A DNA stretch of 64,000 nucleotides from Octopus bimaculoides. Its lineage: Eukaryota. Below the pieces are notes generated by a model. That model made no database searches and had not been told where the DNA came from. It saw nothing but the letters and a program-made list of their open reading frames with translations. The stretch lies in assembly GCF_001194135.2 (NCBI RefSeq), contig NC_068987.1:100545136-100609135 (forward strand). Direction: 5' to 3'. A program made the position numbers and the translations under genes. Below, in pieces: positions 12,671 through 26,400 of this stretch (position 1 is its first letter; each line of letters begins with the position of its first letter).

Positions 12671-15600
12671 AGAAAAGTCATACACAGAGACACACATCTA
12701 CACATACACACACAATTCTTAATAGCAATTTGTTGTTCTATTGAATTTACGAAAATAAAAGTGTTCGATCTATAATCTAAGTAATTGATCTTACATTATT
12801 TATATATTGAGTATTTTTATTTTAAACAATATTTGAAACAATGATTTATCTCTAGCACTATAATATTTGCGCAACTGTCCCTGCAAAGTGCTACAATTTC
12901 GTTCAAAATTAATTGCAACTCATAGCTTATTACTTCAAAACACGCAACCCCAAACCTGGAATATGTTTGATGTCAGTTCACAGAGATTTGAATATATTAT
13001 TCTATTAGAACTGCAATAAACAAGCCACTGGGTGATGATACTAACGAAAAACATTTATATGGCAATTTACATGGGATCGGTATATTAGTAATAAAATCAT
13101 ACGTCAATTACCAGGGGATAAACTCACCAAGAGACAATACCGGGAGTCTAAATGACAATTGAAAAGAAAACATGTTTGCTGTCATAATTTTTAATACAAG
13201 GAAAAAAAGAAAGCAATGAATAACGTTAGAGACAAAGGTAGACTTGCAGTATTATACAGAATACTAACCGTTGCGTTTCTGGTCAAGGTGCACATTTTAT
13301 GGTATACATTTCGAATACCAAGAATAATTGGATTCATGTAAAATGTAAATTTGAAACGAAAAGTTATTTATCATATAGAGGAAAAAAAAAAAAAGGAAAA
13401 TTTTACTATGAAACAGCCTACAATTTACATTTTGATACACTGACCCCGTCATACAGAGTGAAATAGCTACTCCATATAAATTTACAAATCCTCTAACAAA
13501 CAAATTGTGCTTAATGAAGGTTTCATTTTTCTTTATCTGATTGTACTGCCATGCTCTAAGGGTTAATTTCGATGTAGCAATTTTATTTATTCATCATTTT
13601 GACGCCAAGAACAGACTGCAATTTTCCATTATACGTGTCCTGCATACTTAAGCAAACAAGAAATACTTTCTTGATGATGGTATTCACACATAATTCAGTA
13701 ATTTGATGTCATTTATTTGGATACTCATCTTTCAAACGCACCCCTTCATGTCATGCATTTACCCAATGTACTTTTGAGAATATATTATGAGGTGCTCAAA
13801 TGAAATAAGTCTATTTCACACTTGCAATAACCACTGAAAAGTTTGCTTGTAAGCGTCTGTGAAATTCACATTTTGATTTAGTGGAATGATTCAATCTCTT
13901 GCTATTTTGATTTTGCTATATATATTTTTTTTTTATACATAACAACTGAAGTTGAACAAAACTGTTCGTTTTCTATATAATTTTCCTTTTCGCTATTATT
14001 TTCCATTCTGGTTTGTTTGTTTTGATTTTTTCCTCTGTTATTTGTGTTCATATAATGACCTCCGATTTGAAATAAGCAACATCTGGCAATTGAGAGTAGA
14101 AGCAGTTCAATTATTTGTGCACTGATTGCGAAGAGAGTAAAAACAAAGAAAATAAAACCGTTTTCAGACATTCCTTAACGACTGTGTACTCTCCCAAAAC
14201 TCACACAGCTGAACAAAATTACCTATATATAATTTGATAATAAACTAAACAAAGAGCAGATTATCAGTAAGCAAATCATCAAAAAAATAATACTACACTG
14301 TACACAGCTGTTCTAATTTTTACAGCAAAAATCAAGCCTGAAGCAGCAGATATCTGTTAAAAACGTAAAATAAATTGTGTTACTTTCAAGTGGGGCCAAT
14401 AATCTGTAAAATGCGATAGTAGTGATGATTAGAGGTGCAAATTAGTTGTGCTCCCATAGTTTAAGTACTGAATTGTGGGAAATAAAAACTATGTAATCGC
14501 ATCGATATATTAAGGAGAAGCCTAAATAACACAAGGTATTCCGTGCAACCCTGTATCTTTTCTCAAATCAAAATGTAATTACCACTAAAACAATATGAAA
14601 ATCAACTCACAATGCCACACGTGAGGTTGACACAGTTAATTTAACCTACTTCATTAAAGCATCTGATGACGATTTGTGGGAGAATGGTTGGAGAAAGGTT
14701 CTTTGCAAAATCTGATGTCATGTACGTCTTTTTAACTTGTTATCTGCTTGTGTGGGGAGTTTGGGAAATCATATTCGATTGGCATAATTTGGGATTTTAC
14801 TTATTCAATATCGTTTATGCTATGTATGCCTTGTTATGATTTAATCAGATCGCTTCTCGTAGCTCTTAGATTTCTAAGTAATTTTGTTAACGTTGTAACT
14901 TTTGTTATGTTATATATGATAGAGAGCAAATATATAATGTCAGATAGTTGTAGTAACTTGTCAGCGTGCTTCTGTTTGTTTCATTTCCTTTGGGATTGTG
15001 GCGACTGCGTTGTCTGATTGTTTCGGCGCTTTGACGCTTTCGTATGGGAGAAACTTGGTTTTCAACTACCTAGCTTTAATTATTGTTGTACAACAGTATG
15101 CTAACTTGATTGAAGAGATAAGTAGCACGTAGGTATTCGTGCAAACCATTTGATTGCAATAAAAGAAATATATAGTGCTCTTACTATATTAGTATGCTGT
15201 GTATTTGAGGTATAGTGTTTTTTGATATGCTATGTAGTGTTGTAGTTTGGAAGTATTTCAATTTCTCCAACACCTTTTGTATTTATAAATAAATGTATGT
15301 TCATATTTGTATTCACATCATGTGAACAATATGGAATTGAACAAAGCATGACAGACTGTATTTCTTCTTCCCTTATTGTTATCGGTGTATAACCCCCCAA
15401 AAAAGTGTTGCAGTTTATAAAAAAATATATTTATGCTGTTGCTGATTGTGTGTGGTTGGACAACCATCACTTAACCCTGTCAGTAATATTCGCGGTTCAA
15501 TATTCGCTTTCTAATAAAATAGGAAAGTGCAGTGGTTCAGCGGGATTATTTTAGTGGCAGATATGTTATATTGTTTGTGTTCAAGAAATCGTATTAGAAT

Positions 15601-16094
15601 ACAGCTACAACATATTCAATGTAACATTTGTGAGTGCATCGAAAAGCTGAGCGGACGTAATTAAACATGGGATGATAGTGAAGGCTATACAAAATGATCT
15701 TCTTTTAATATCAAGTACATATTTGATATGAAATTATATTTTACATTACAAAAGATAGATAACAATCTAGAGTAACTAGTAAGCTTTGAAGTGTCGCTTC
15801 GTATGTATTGTCGTTGTTATTTCTTAGCTCCCAGATAGTATTGAAAGGGAAAGTATCTAAGCAATACAATTCTTACAGTTATGATAATATTCCATCTGCT
15901 GACATTGCATGTAACATTTTCCATCGAGATTTTCTTTCGAAGAGAGTAGATCGCAGTTGATAGCAGGGAGAGGTTTGGCTGCTATTCTTCGTACGCCAAT
16001 TGACGACTTACGAGGTTGGGCTAACACCTTCATAGCCTGAATACGAAGGATTGATGCTAGAGATGTGGAATCTTTGAATGAATCAATTTCCACA

Positions 16095-17192
16095 CTACTT
16101 ATTAATAGCTACATTGTTTCTTTCCGAGTAGACTGAAAATTACCCCGTTGAAAGAGAATTTCAAATGTGATTAGTAGCGACTTGTCTTAGAAAGGGCAAC
16201 ATTTGCCATCGTAATATGATCTAATACCTGCGGAAAAAGGGTTTAGCTCACAACATTCATGCGATTACACTCCAGCTTTATCAGCAGGCAAAAGTGGGAA
16301 GGTGAATTTAGGAGAGGAGGCAACAGTCTTCAATATTACTCATGTGTTGACCGTCCAGCAACTGCCACCACCGAGGGAAAATTGACCGTGTTAACCACAA
16401 GCTGATGGATGGCAGGCGATTAACTATAAATCAGTGTATGATACTAGCATATTCCTTGAGGATGTTGAGAATATTCCGCACAAACTATTAGGCATGACGA
16501 GTGTCTTTGCTCAATGGGAGCCATGTCTCCTGACACCTCATCAAAAGTGCACCCGGCTGATCACATTACAGGTAAATCTAACATTGTTTGAGGCAGATCC
16601 AGCTGGGTTCCCAGAACGTTTACTAAACCAAGATGAGTGTTGGCTTCATCACTTTGAGCCAAAGACAAAGACATGATCAGTGCTGTGAAAACGCCTCTAT
16701 TCTCCTGTTCCAAAAACGCCCATGGTCGTTTCATGTGCAGGGAAGGTGATGACCTCAAATATTTGTGGGAATGCAAAAGGCATTGTGTTTACTGATTATG
16801 TTCAAAAGAGTCACACCATTAACGGAAAGTGATATGCCAACTTGCTGAGGAAGGCTATCAGGAACAAACGCACAGGAAATCTGAAGAACAAGGTCTTGTT
16901 TCAGCGGGACAATGCTCCAGCACACGAGTCCTCGGTTTCGATGGCTACTGTGCGGGACTGTTTCTTTGAACTATACTCCCTATACTCCTGATTTGGTCCC
17001 ATCTGACTCACATCTATATCCCAACATGAAAGGACATTTCGCTGGGACCAATATCTATGTTACGATTAAGTTACATCCGCCGTTGATTACTCTTTTGACC
17101 AACAGGATGAAATCAATGTGATCCAAGCACTGCAACATCCATAAAAGAATTGTGTGGCCCACAGCCTATGAAATTTTCAGATGACACTCGTA
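16095..17192 (+). mobile_element. Mariner relic, 5'-truncated, right TIR present
   Basis: QWEPCLLTPHQK (WVPRLLT-like), NQDECWLHHFEPKTK (first D), AGKVM, YTPDLVPSDSHLYPNMK (YSPDLAP-like). Right TIR-like AGCCTATGAAATTTTCAGATGACACTCGTA at 17163-17192 ends in TA. Confidence 0.9.
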
Positions 17193-17834
17193 TAATTTCA
17201 GTTGCTGATTCATAATATTATTTCATACAAATGTATAAAACAGTAATTGCTTTCTTTTTTCTTTTAGCATGGTGAAAAAAAACAAAAAAACAAATAATAT
17301 TGTCTAGGAAAAGTTGTACGATTTCTGGGTAGCTTCAATAGAAGTGACTGAATCCATTTTAAACGAACAAACATAATGCAGAGTTTATTAATATGAAAAT
17401 AGAAGTTCTAAGATACTCTAACGGTTACATATATGAGCGAATTTGGTGTAGTATGATGTTGCATTGGAGTTTAAAAACGCGTTTTAAAATTGTTTCATTT
17501 TCAAAATATAATACATTGTTTTAGATAACATCTTCAACATATTAAATTTTAAACTGGGAATGCTAAGTATTTTACAAAATAGTTCGTTTATGTGTGGTTC
17601 ATGTATGCGAGAGAGTTACACTATAAAACTCATTAAATCCTAAGTAACTGAAATGTTGTCATCCGTTTTAATTTTTGAATTACACCTGTTTATCGAAGTT
17701 GAAATTATTGGTTAACACGTGCCATCAAAAACAAAAAAAAAACAAAAGCCATAAGAACGCTACTGTAAATATCAATATTGCTTATAATAATACTATTATT
17801 GCTACTACAGCTGCTGCTGCTGTTTTTGTTGTTG

Positions 17835-17870
<36 letters not shown>

Positions 17871-17971
17871 CCACTGTTATCAAAACCGTAAACAATACTA
17901 CTGCTTTTCATCAGCATAATTGCAATGAGGCTCAAGTGAACAATATGTAGTAGCTGAATGTTCTTCACTAG

Positions 17972-17973
<2 letters not shown>

Positions 17974-18038
<65 letters not shown>

Positions 18039-18068
18039 CAGTACTAGTAGTAGTAGTAGTAGCAGTAC

Positions 18069-18104
<36 letters not shown>

Positions 18105-18112
18105 TAGGGGCG

Positions 18113-18146
<34 letters not shown>

Positions 18147-18154
18147 TAGGGGCG

Positions 18155-18215
<61 letters not shown>

Positions 18216-18225
18216 TAGTAGTAGT
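17974..18225. repeat. (TAG)n microsatellite with a duplicated GGTAGTAGGGGCGGTAG interruption
   Basis: Directly visible. It produces the poly-Thr ORF 17968-18279. Confidence 0.95.
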
Positions 18226-18399
18226 GTTGTGTTGGTGTTCTTGATTATACCTTCCGAGCAAATGAAGCCTTTGAGACACTCATGTCTGACTTACATTTGG
18301 CCGGCAGTTTTCTGATGGGAAACAGTTTATATCGTTTAGCATTGCAGATAGAGTTGTTCAGTGAGTGTCTAGAATGTAAATTGCGAATCTGTGTGTCCA

Positions 18400-19400
18400 T
18401 CGCAACGTGGACATTGTATTAGAACACAAAATACTGCGTTATTTATTCTGGGAGAACCTCTCATAAGGAGTCGTGACTTATTTGTTTGGCCTGCAGTTGG
18501 TGAGGCTTTTACATTCCATATAACTTTTTGAGTGTCTCATAGAAGGACAAATTCGTAACAGTGCTCTCGATAGGTGCTTGTATATCTCTGCTTCATTTCT
18601 ATATGTGAGTTTTGGTAGATTGCTTTCAACAATGATAAGAATGCCTGCTTTGTATATTATCTGAAATTCGTATGTCTCACTCATATTGATGAACCCGTTG
18701 TTTTTATACATACTGTATATACTTCCTGAACTTAATTTTGAGGTAATTTGGTGTACAGGCTTTTGCAGGTTTTGCTATTTTGAAGCTTTTTTTTTTAATA
18801 TTTATTTATACTTGTTGATACTTTGTTAACTGTTTGCTATGACCATGATATTTCTTTTTATTTCGCTAGCGTGTTGCATTAATGGAATGTTTCATGCGCG
18901 TAATCGTGTTTTTATTTTACTTGTTACATGTCGGATATGATATGTGGATATCGATATAAATGCTTTTGTATTCGTGTATGGCGATCTGATTGCTATGTGG
19001 ATAAATCTGAATACTCGGTTATCGTCACCATGCACAATTCGTTTTAATTTTCTTCGGAACTTGTATGAGTAATTTCGCTTTCTCTAGATTTGATAGGCGA
19101 CACTGGATGAGATCAGGCATTATTTAACTGGCTGTTGTGGAACTTATTTCTGGGAAGCAGCAAGTAAAATATAGCATACAGTTGCTACTGTTTGTGTAGT
19201 GAGGTATGATTTGTGTCTATCAAATGCTTTGCAGATGTGTATCTAGCAGATTCTTTGAGACGGAAAAGGATTTCAGTTGCAACGATATCAACTTTACTTT
19301 TATCCGTTGTTCTCGAAAAGCAGGAGGTGTTCAATGAATTGAAATCTCACCTAGTGACAGTAAACGTGAGAGATCTAACGTACTCAAGCTGGAAAATACT
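18400..19400 (-). mobile_element. Highly degenerate LINE RT/3' relic
   Basis: Minus-strand ICKAFDR near 19220-19245 resembles the DxSKAFD RT motif, preceded by DIVATEIL. The remainder is heavily interrupted. Confidence 0.35.
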
Positions 19401-19533
19401 TGCATATTGAACCCTTATTTTTTTTTTAAATTATAAGAGTAGTTTGGCATGAAGGTTTCTGTCTTTGTATTGCTCCACATCCATTTTTCTCTCTTCTTCC
19501 ATTTTCTTATTCACTTCTTCTAATTCTTCGTTT

Positions 19534-19550
19534 TATTATTATTATTGTTG

Positions 19551-19582
<32 letters not shown>

Positions 19583-19604
19583 GGTGGTGGTGGTGGTGTT
19601 GTTG

Positions 19605-19696
<92 letters not shown>
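19534..19696. repeat. Compound trinucleotide microsatellite (TAT)-(TGT)-(TGG)-(TGT)-(TAT)n
   Basis: Directly visible. Confidence 0.95.
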
Positions 19697-19697
19697 G

Positions 19698-21090
19698 CTA
19701 GTACATGACTCCCCAATAAGGAAAAAAAAACAATGCTATGTTTAGAATAACATTTCAATTTAATTCAACTATTGTTTGAGAAATACACAAAAGATATACT
19801 TTGATAATACATTTACATATTCTTATTTATGCAAATACTTTACAAAATCAGTAATAAAATAAAAAAAAGAAATATTAAGCAAAACTGTACTTTTAGATAA
19901 GCAGCATATCAACACTTACACTATTTCCGTGTAGCCAACATTACACGTAAGTCTTCTTGCATTTTCATTATGACATCTACATGCTCCTGGTCCGGTAAAT
20001 TCTATTTGGTAAGAAAATATTCTAAGATTCACTGGATCCCCAACTCTACTGAGAGCGACATATAAACGGCCATGAGTAAATGCGTGCGCAGGCATAAAAA
20101 TGTCGCATTTAGAAACGCTTTATCCTTGACTTTTTTTATAGACATCGCGAAAGCAAGTCTCACTGGAAATTTGCGTCTTTCCAAAATAAAGGGAAAATCG
20201 GTATCAGATGGTTGCAGAATAATGCGGGGAATCAAAAGTGTGCTTTCAGCATCAACACCATTTATTTTACTTACGGTGACCATATTATCTGACACCGATA
20301 ACACTCTATCACGTGCGCCATTGCAGTGCCCATTCCTCTGATCTAAATTTCTTTGCAACATTATAGGAACACCCGTTTTTAATTTGATAATGTGAGGTCG
20401 CATACCACATATATTTAGACACTTGAGAAATTCAGGAGGATAGAGTGCAGATTGTTGATATTCTGCAACGGAATCAATACTCCTCAGAGTATATGTCTCA
20501 CTTGGAAATTAAATTTCTGGATTATGTGGTTGTTTAGATTGTCAACGTCTTCATCTTTGTTGTTAATATTGCTTGTGATGATAACCATTGGGGATTGTTA
20601 AAATTAACCTGTAAATCTTCATAGACATAGTTCATCAAATTCGTCTTACTGTTGACTTGAAATTGCTGATGAATCTCTATTACATCATCATATAATTGTC
20701 TTTGAACATTGGGGATTCTTTCATCACCAATTTGCAATAACCAAACTGAATGATATGCCAGTCGAGCTTGAGAGGTGGTATCGTTATTGTTACGACAGTT
20801 TTGGACTCTCATATTATGGTGAGATGAAGTACTTCGCATTCGTGCCAAATTACGGATTTTTTTCAAACATGCACACGTTTGTGCTCTTCGAATGGCTAGA
20901 AGAATTTGACAGAAATCACCACCTAAAATTATCAATTTGCCGCCAAAGATCAACTCGCTGACCATTATATACTTCAGTGCTCGATTTAGCGCTTCAAATA
21001 CATAACGATTATACAGCGGTGTCTCGCCCCAGTTTTCGCTCATAACATGGTGACAGTTTATGGTGGATAGCAGGTGTACATCCAAATGTT
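19698..21090 (-). mobile_element. Helitron fragment encoding the C-terminal half of a PIF1-like helicase (pseudogenised)
   Basis: ORF 20534-21085 has FGGKLIILGGDFCQIL and WLLQIGD. The linker has SIDSV..YPPEFL. ORF 20029-20403 has PHIIKLKTGVPIMLQRNLD..GHCNGAR, LLIPRI and RRKFPVRLAFAMSI. These are PIF1/Helitron helicase motifs. Candidate terminal CTAG at 19698-19701. Confidence 0.9.
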
Positions 21091-21989
21091 AAATATTCCT
21101 CTAAATATTGACGATCATTTTTACTTGAATCAAGCACGTAGAAAATTTCAGTTCAAGCAATTTCTTCAAAAAGATTTTAGTATAAACTTTCGGAAAATAT
21201 GCTCAAAAAGAAACAAAAAATATTCCGTGAATCTTCTCAGATGCCAAATCCTTTCTATCAACGATGGAAGTTTTAACTTACATTTTTACTGAATTCACAA
21301 ACTGACCGCTGAGAATAAAATAACCTGTTAATTTTCGTTTCTTTTCATATTTATACGCGTGTATATGTGTGCGTTACTAGTACCATAAATATCTATCTAT
21401 CTATCTGTCTCTCTTTCTATCTCTCTCACTTCTCCTTTTCTCTTCCTTCACTGACGCTACCCCTTACATGCACTCCATTTCAACCCATTTCACATCATCC
21501 AATTCTATCATCCCTCACTCACAGGGCCATTTATTGCCATACTCTGCTGCACCACATTTTTCTTGTGTACCTAGCTTTCGTCAACAGAGAAAAGAGTCAA
21601 TACTTTTAGACACACCCGCACACATAAGTCCGTCTCCAGTCTATTTCTCCATAGGGTATTAGGATGGCATTGCTTTCAGTACTGATCAGTTCTATACTAC
21701 ATACATGCATCCACGCACACACATACACACACTCACACACATATGCGCGTTTGTAATTACGTACATGATTTTACATACCACTAAATCGAAAAAAATAATC
21801 TGTTCCCTCTTTAGTGACATCAGATCCTCCAAAGTGTCCACAATTTGATAAAATTTCCACAGAAGGGATGTAAATATGTTTTTTTTTTTTAATTATTCAT
21901 TCTCGAATTGCCACCTTTCTCTATTGATATACTAAACATTGTGTACAAAAGATATAGATACAACATAACCCTAGGTATGCCTCACCAAA

Positions 21990-22890
21990 ATATTATCATG
22001 ACCCACGTTACGAATCCCGGCTCTATGTAATTTGTTCCGTTTGTAGCATTTCTTCTTGTGCCAGGAAAGTATATGTCTTTGCTGCACATATTTTGGTCGA
22101 GTATTCTTTGTTTGTGTTATGTCCTCAGTCTGGATGTGTAGTATGACAGCATTTATCTTTTATTTACTATATATATTATGCTCCTATCTACCCTTCTCAT
22201 ATTCATGGGGATTTTTTTCTTCTGGAGCATTCCGTGAGTCGTCTTTGAATTTCAAGCAATTCATTATCGAGCTGGTTCCTTTCCTCTGCACGCCCACCCA
22301 CTACAGTATCAGGGTTCGCTATATAACATTCCTATACCTGATACCTACCAGCTCCATTACCATTTACCTTTTCATGCTGTCTACTATTCTCTTTCAACTT
22401 TGACCATCCTTTGTTGCCCATCCTTAGGGCCTTTCAGACTTTCACTAATCCGAATTATTTCTACTCCAGTTAAGTAGCCCTTCCTCCTAACCACTCTCAC
22501 TTGGTTCATTAGTTTACTTTCTAACTTTGGACACATGTCCTTTTCTATCCAACATTTCAAGGTACGTCGCCATACTCCGGACTTCTTTCCAGCTTTGATC
22601 GTTCATGACATTCAATAAGTGTATCGTACTCTTTCTTCATCCACTTATGTCAGTATTTGCGCACAACGCTTATGTGACCGGTTGTGATATAATGACCGTC
22701 TGAAGCCGGATTACTGACTCTGATGCAAGTGGTTTTGGACGTGCTGGGCGGGAAACCTCCACATGATCGGCTATAGCTTCATTCTCTCCGTTAATTCTTT
22801 CATAGTTGTGCTGCATCATGATTTTATGAGTCGTTGTTAGGGATTTCCACAAGAGTTATTATTGAGATCCCATCTCTCACTTCCTCTATT
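21990..22890 (-). mobile_element. R4/Dong-like LINE relic, 5' ORF region
   Basis: Minus translation gives HKWMKKEYDTLIEC and WIEKDMCPKLESKLMNQVRVVRRKGYLTGVE, resembling the N-terminal KWTxEE...EQRLxDQxRxIxxKGWL segment of this clade. Weak LRT and LAQEE matches near 22000-22140. Confidence 0.55.
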
Positions 22891-23074
22891 TATTTGAATA
22901 TACACGTGCACATGTATGTACATACATGTATATGTAAATAACATGCTTGCATTGCGTCGCCTTCATAAGCACAGTAGTTATCATTATCACTATCATTCTA
23001 CTTTTCGCATTTAAAAATATAAATGATAATGTGGGTACCGGTATATTGCAACAAATCTTCGTCACTATCAAATG

Positions 23075-23365
23075 ACCGGCAACAGTTATCTTTTCACTCC
23101 TTTTACAATGGGCTATTCTAATTAGTCCTCTACCACCGTTCTTTCTTTTTCACATACAGTTTGTTTGTGTTTGCAGTTAACACTTAAGACTATCCTTTGC
23201 GCTCCCTGAATGGATGGTAACCCAGGGATCATTTTCAACCAATTTTTCGTTCCTTTACTGGTCATTTCAAGTGCTCCCACAATCATAGGTATTGTAACCG
23301 TCTTGAGATGCTATCTTTGCTCCAACTACTATCGTCATCTGCCCATATTTTGGTTTTGTTTTCCC
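23075..23365 (-). mobile_element. R4/Dong-like LINE fragments (C-terminal REL end joined to a post-RT GGRGL segment)
   Basis: HLKTVTIPMIVGALEMTSKGTKNWLKMIPGLPSIQGAQRIVL at 23170-23310, then KLYVK..NGGRGLI at 23105-23160. Confidence 0.7.
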
Positions 23366-24239
23366 CTTGGGCAGTGACATTAATAGAGGGTCCTTCCTGT
23401 TCGGCGGTAACTTTTCGCCGGTCAACGTCTCTTATTGTATGCTACTTTTGTTTTCTTATCTTAAGCGCCTCAAACCCATAGATAGAAACTCGCCTTCATT
23501 TGTTTCGAATTTTTTTTTTCCTAGCATATATGTTTTTCTTTTTCCTCTATTTAAAATGAGACGTGTTACATTTCATATTTAATTTATTGTTATTATTACG
23601 TGTCTCTTTTAATATTTTTAAACACTGTGTGCTCTACATTGTCTTGCCTATGTACGAGATGTAAGGTTGCATGTATTAATTCTATAAACATTACATTCAA
23701 TTGTATTTGTATAGAGATGAGATTGCATATACGATTATTATTTGTACTTACAGTGTTTTTCTTTAGCGACATCGCATTCTCGCATATTACTTCAATTCAT
23801 GTATAGGGAAGTCCCATCACCACTTGCTGTTTATATTATCACACATTTGTTTTTCTGCGACAGTATGCCGGGCAATACCTATATTTCATATACGAAGGAA
23901 ATTTTTCGGTATCCTGGTCTAATTTACCTTAGGGAATTTTTATTTCATATTTTTGCTGTTTCATAAATCCTTATTGCTATCATCATCAGCAGCAGCAGCA
24001 CAATCGTCATCCTCCTCCTCCTCCTCCTCATCATCATCATCATCATCATCACTGTTATCATTATCATTATTATTCGATTTGACTCTGGTTTGTCCTAGTA
24101 GAATATATGCGGGTAGCGGTTTACGACTTGCAACCTTAGATATCCACAAGTTTTCAACTATCTTTTTTATGCTCAAAACCCTTTATTTTTTTTTTCCTGT
24201 CTCTCTAAGAAGCAATCCTTCGGTAGAAGCTCCGTAGTA

Positions 24240-24370
24240 CTTTCTCTTTGAATCTATTCCAACTGTCTGTCCATATCATTATTCCCGGTTGCTAATGCGC
24301 CAGTTATTACAGGCATAACATTTACAGTTTTCAGACACCAAATTCAGGCAATTTGATATTTAAAAAAAGT
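24240..24370 (-). mobile_element. Short REL-LINE C-terminal fragment
   Basis: IWCLKTVNVMPVITGAL resembles LWxLKTVxVIPVVVGALG. Confidence 0.6.
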
Positions 24371-25192
24371 TTCTTCTTTTTCTTTGTTTAGTATTCTGGA
24401 AGCTCAAAGACATTATATATCAATTAGTATGCAAATTCACTTTATCTATTTTATTATGTTCGTGCTTCTCATGTGAAGCCTATAAAATCTATATGTATTA
24501 TTCTTACCAATGCTGTTTTAGTTGTTATATTTTGTTCCTGGATTTAGATCATAATATATATTTTGCTCTTATTGCAACGTGAGTGATCGCTGCCGCCTTT
24601 TGTTTCCGTTGGCATTTTCTTACTGTTGAGATTGAGGCTGTACTTTTTACTTTTTACTAATTCCCTCTTTATATTTGCAGACAGCAGTCGGCGACAGAGG
24701 TTGTTTATTTTCATTTTAAATACTCTGTGAAGACTAGAAAATAGATGAGTTCAATAGATTGTCATGAAAGAGGCAACAGACGGAGAAATAGAATGATAAA
24801 ATAATTGAAGATAAATTGAAAGAAGGAATAAATGAATGATAGCTTTTGCGTGAATTGTGTGCTCATGTGTGTATGACTGTGTGTATGTGTGTCAATTTGT
24901 GAATGCGTTGATATGTGTATGTTCTAGAGTGTGAAATGTTATGTGTGCGTATATCTGAACGGGCCAATATGCGTAGAAGCGAATGTGTGAACGTGATAAA
25001 GAATGAATAGATAAATGACTATAACCTAATAAAGGAAACATAACCAGGAGAGTTTTGTTTTGTGGGACCGATCTAAAAAGAACAAGTTTCCATTTTTATA
25101 TCGTGATATCATATATGAAATATCAGTACACACTTTAACGAGTTCTTTTCATCTTCTCTCCCGCTGTCCTTCGCCCCGTGATGTTACAGGTA

Positions 25193-25360
25193 CTGCTACT
25201 GCTGCTGCTGATGATGATGGTGATGATGATGATGGTGATGATGATGATGACGATGATGACGACGACGACGGCAGCGGTGGTGGTAGAGGAGGAGCTGGTG
25301 GTATTGGTGGTAGTGGTGGATTAGGAGATGGCGGTGGTGATGATGATGACGATGGTGATG
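25193..25360. repeat. Low-complexity (GCT)/(GAT)/(GAC)/(GGT) trinucleotide tract
   Basis: Directly visible. It explains ORFs 25060-25398 and 25149-25394. Confidence 0.9.
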
Positions 25361-26400
25361 TTGACGCAGGAAGCCTCAAGTTTACCCGTGCCATATAATT
25401 CAGGTGAATAAATCATCTCTCTTCTTTCAACCAATATTGGATAAGTGGCAAATCGTTCTCTTCCCATCGCTGACCATAAAAATAATTAAAAAGCAAAACA
25501 AAATTTCACCTGGTTTTATATTACTTGATCAATAACCTAGAATGTTTAATATATTCTTTACTTTAAAATAGCTATCATCAATCATACGTTGGTCACTCTT
25601 ATATTTATTCAACACCAGCTTTTTCTAATGTGTTCAGCATACAGGAAAGATTCCAGCGCACTAATATTTCCTAGTATATAATTATCCGTTATATCAAACT
25701 TCTCATTGTATATTTCTTTAAAACAGTTTTTAAAACTGTTTTTCTTTTTGTATTTAGGAGCAGACTCTTGTTATAATTATCCTTTGTACTCAGAATCTAC
25801 ATTGCTTCTGATCCAATTAAATTCTTGGAAATATGTGGCCTTTTGTAATGTATCAATAAGCTTGTTGTACTGATTTTATTTTAAACTGCACATTTCTAGA
25901 AAAAGGCAGGAATTAAATTCATTAGCAACATAAATATGAGACAATTTGTATATTCAAACATAATTAGTACATCAGTAGATTTATCCTTAAGGTTCGCTGA
26001 CGGTGAACAGATCAGCGAAGCTTTATGTGTATATGGAGTGTGCTTCAATTTAATATTTTCCCTTGTATTGAAGCAATCTATGAAAATTACGTGTAAAACG
26101 TTGTAGTGTTGCCTTCTGTTTGTTTTAGTCCAATTGGGTTAGTTTTGAGATTGGCTTTGTATATTTGCGTGCATTTGCAACTTACGTTCATAGAATAATA
26201 CATCTCACAGTCGAATAACAGCGAAGAAACTGGAACGTCGAAATAACATTTAATAATTTCTTGTACTCTAATAAAAAAAAACACAATTCTTTAATTCAAT
26301 TTTGTTGTTGAATATGTATGTATATATGTAAATGTGTGTGTGTGTGTGTGTGTATGTGCGTGTGTGTGTATGTATGTCTATATATGATTGTGTGTCTGTG

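Noticed and set aside
17968-18279. Poly-Thr ORF as a mucin-like exon
   Set aside because: It is an almost pure (CTA)n microsatellite with no codon diversity and no convincing splice or domain context.
23402-23420. GC hairpin CGGCG-N9-CGCCG as a terminator or Helitron end
   Set aside because: It has no following U-tract or CTRR terminus, occurs once, and a 5-bp stem is not significant alone.
25060-25398. Asp/Gly-rich ORF as an acidic protein exon
   Set aside because: It is composed of GAT/GGT trinucleotide repeats typical of the rest of the window, with no domain evidence.
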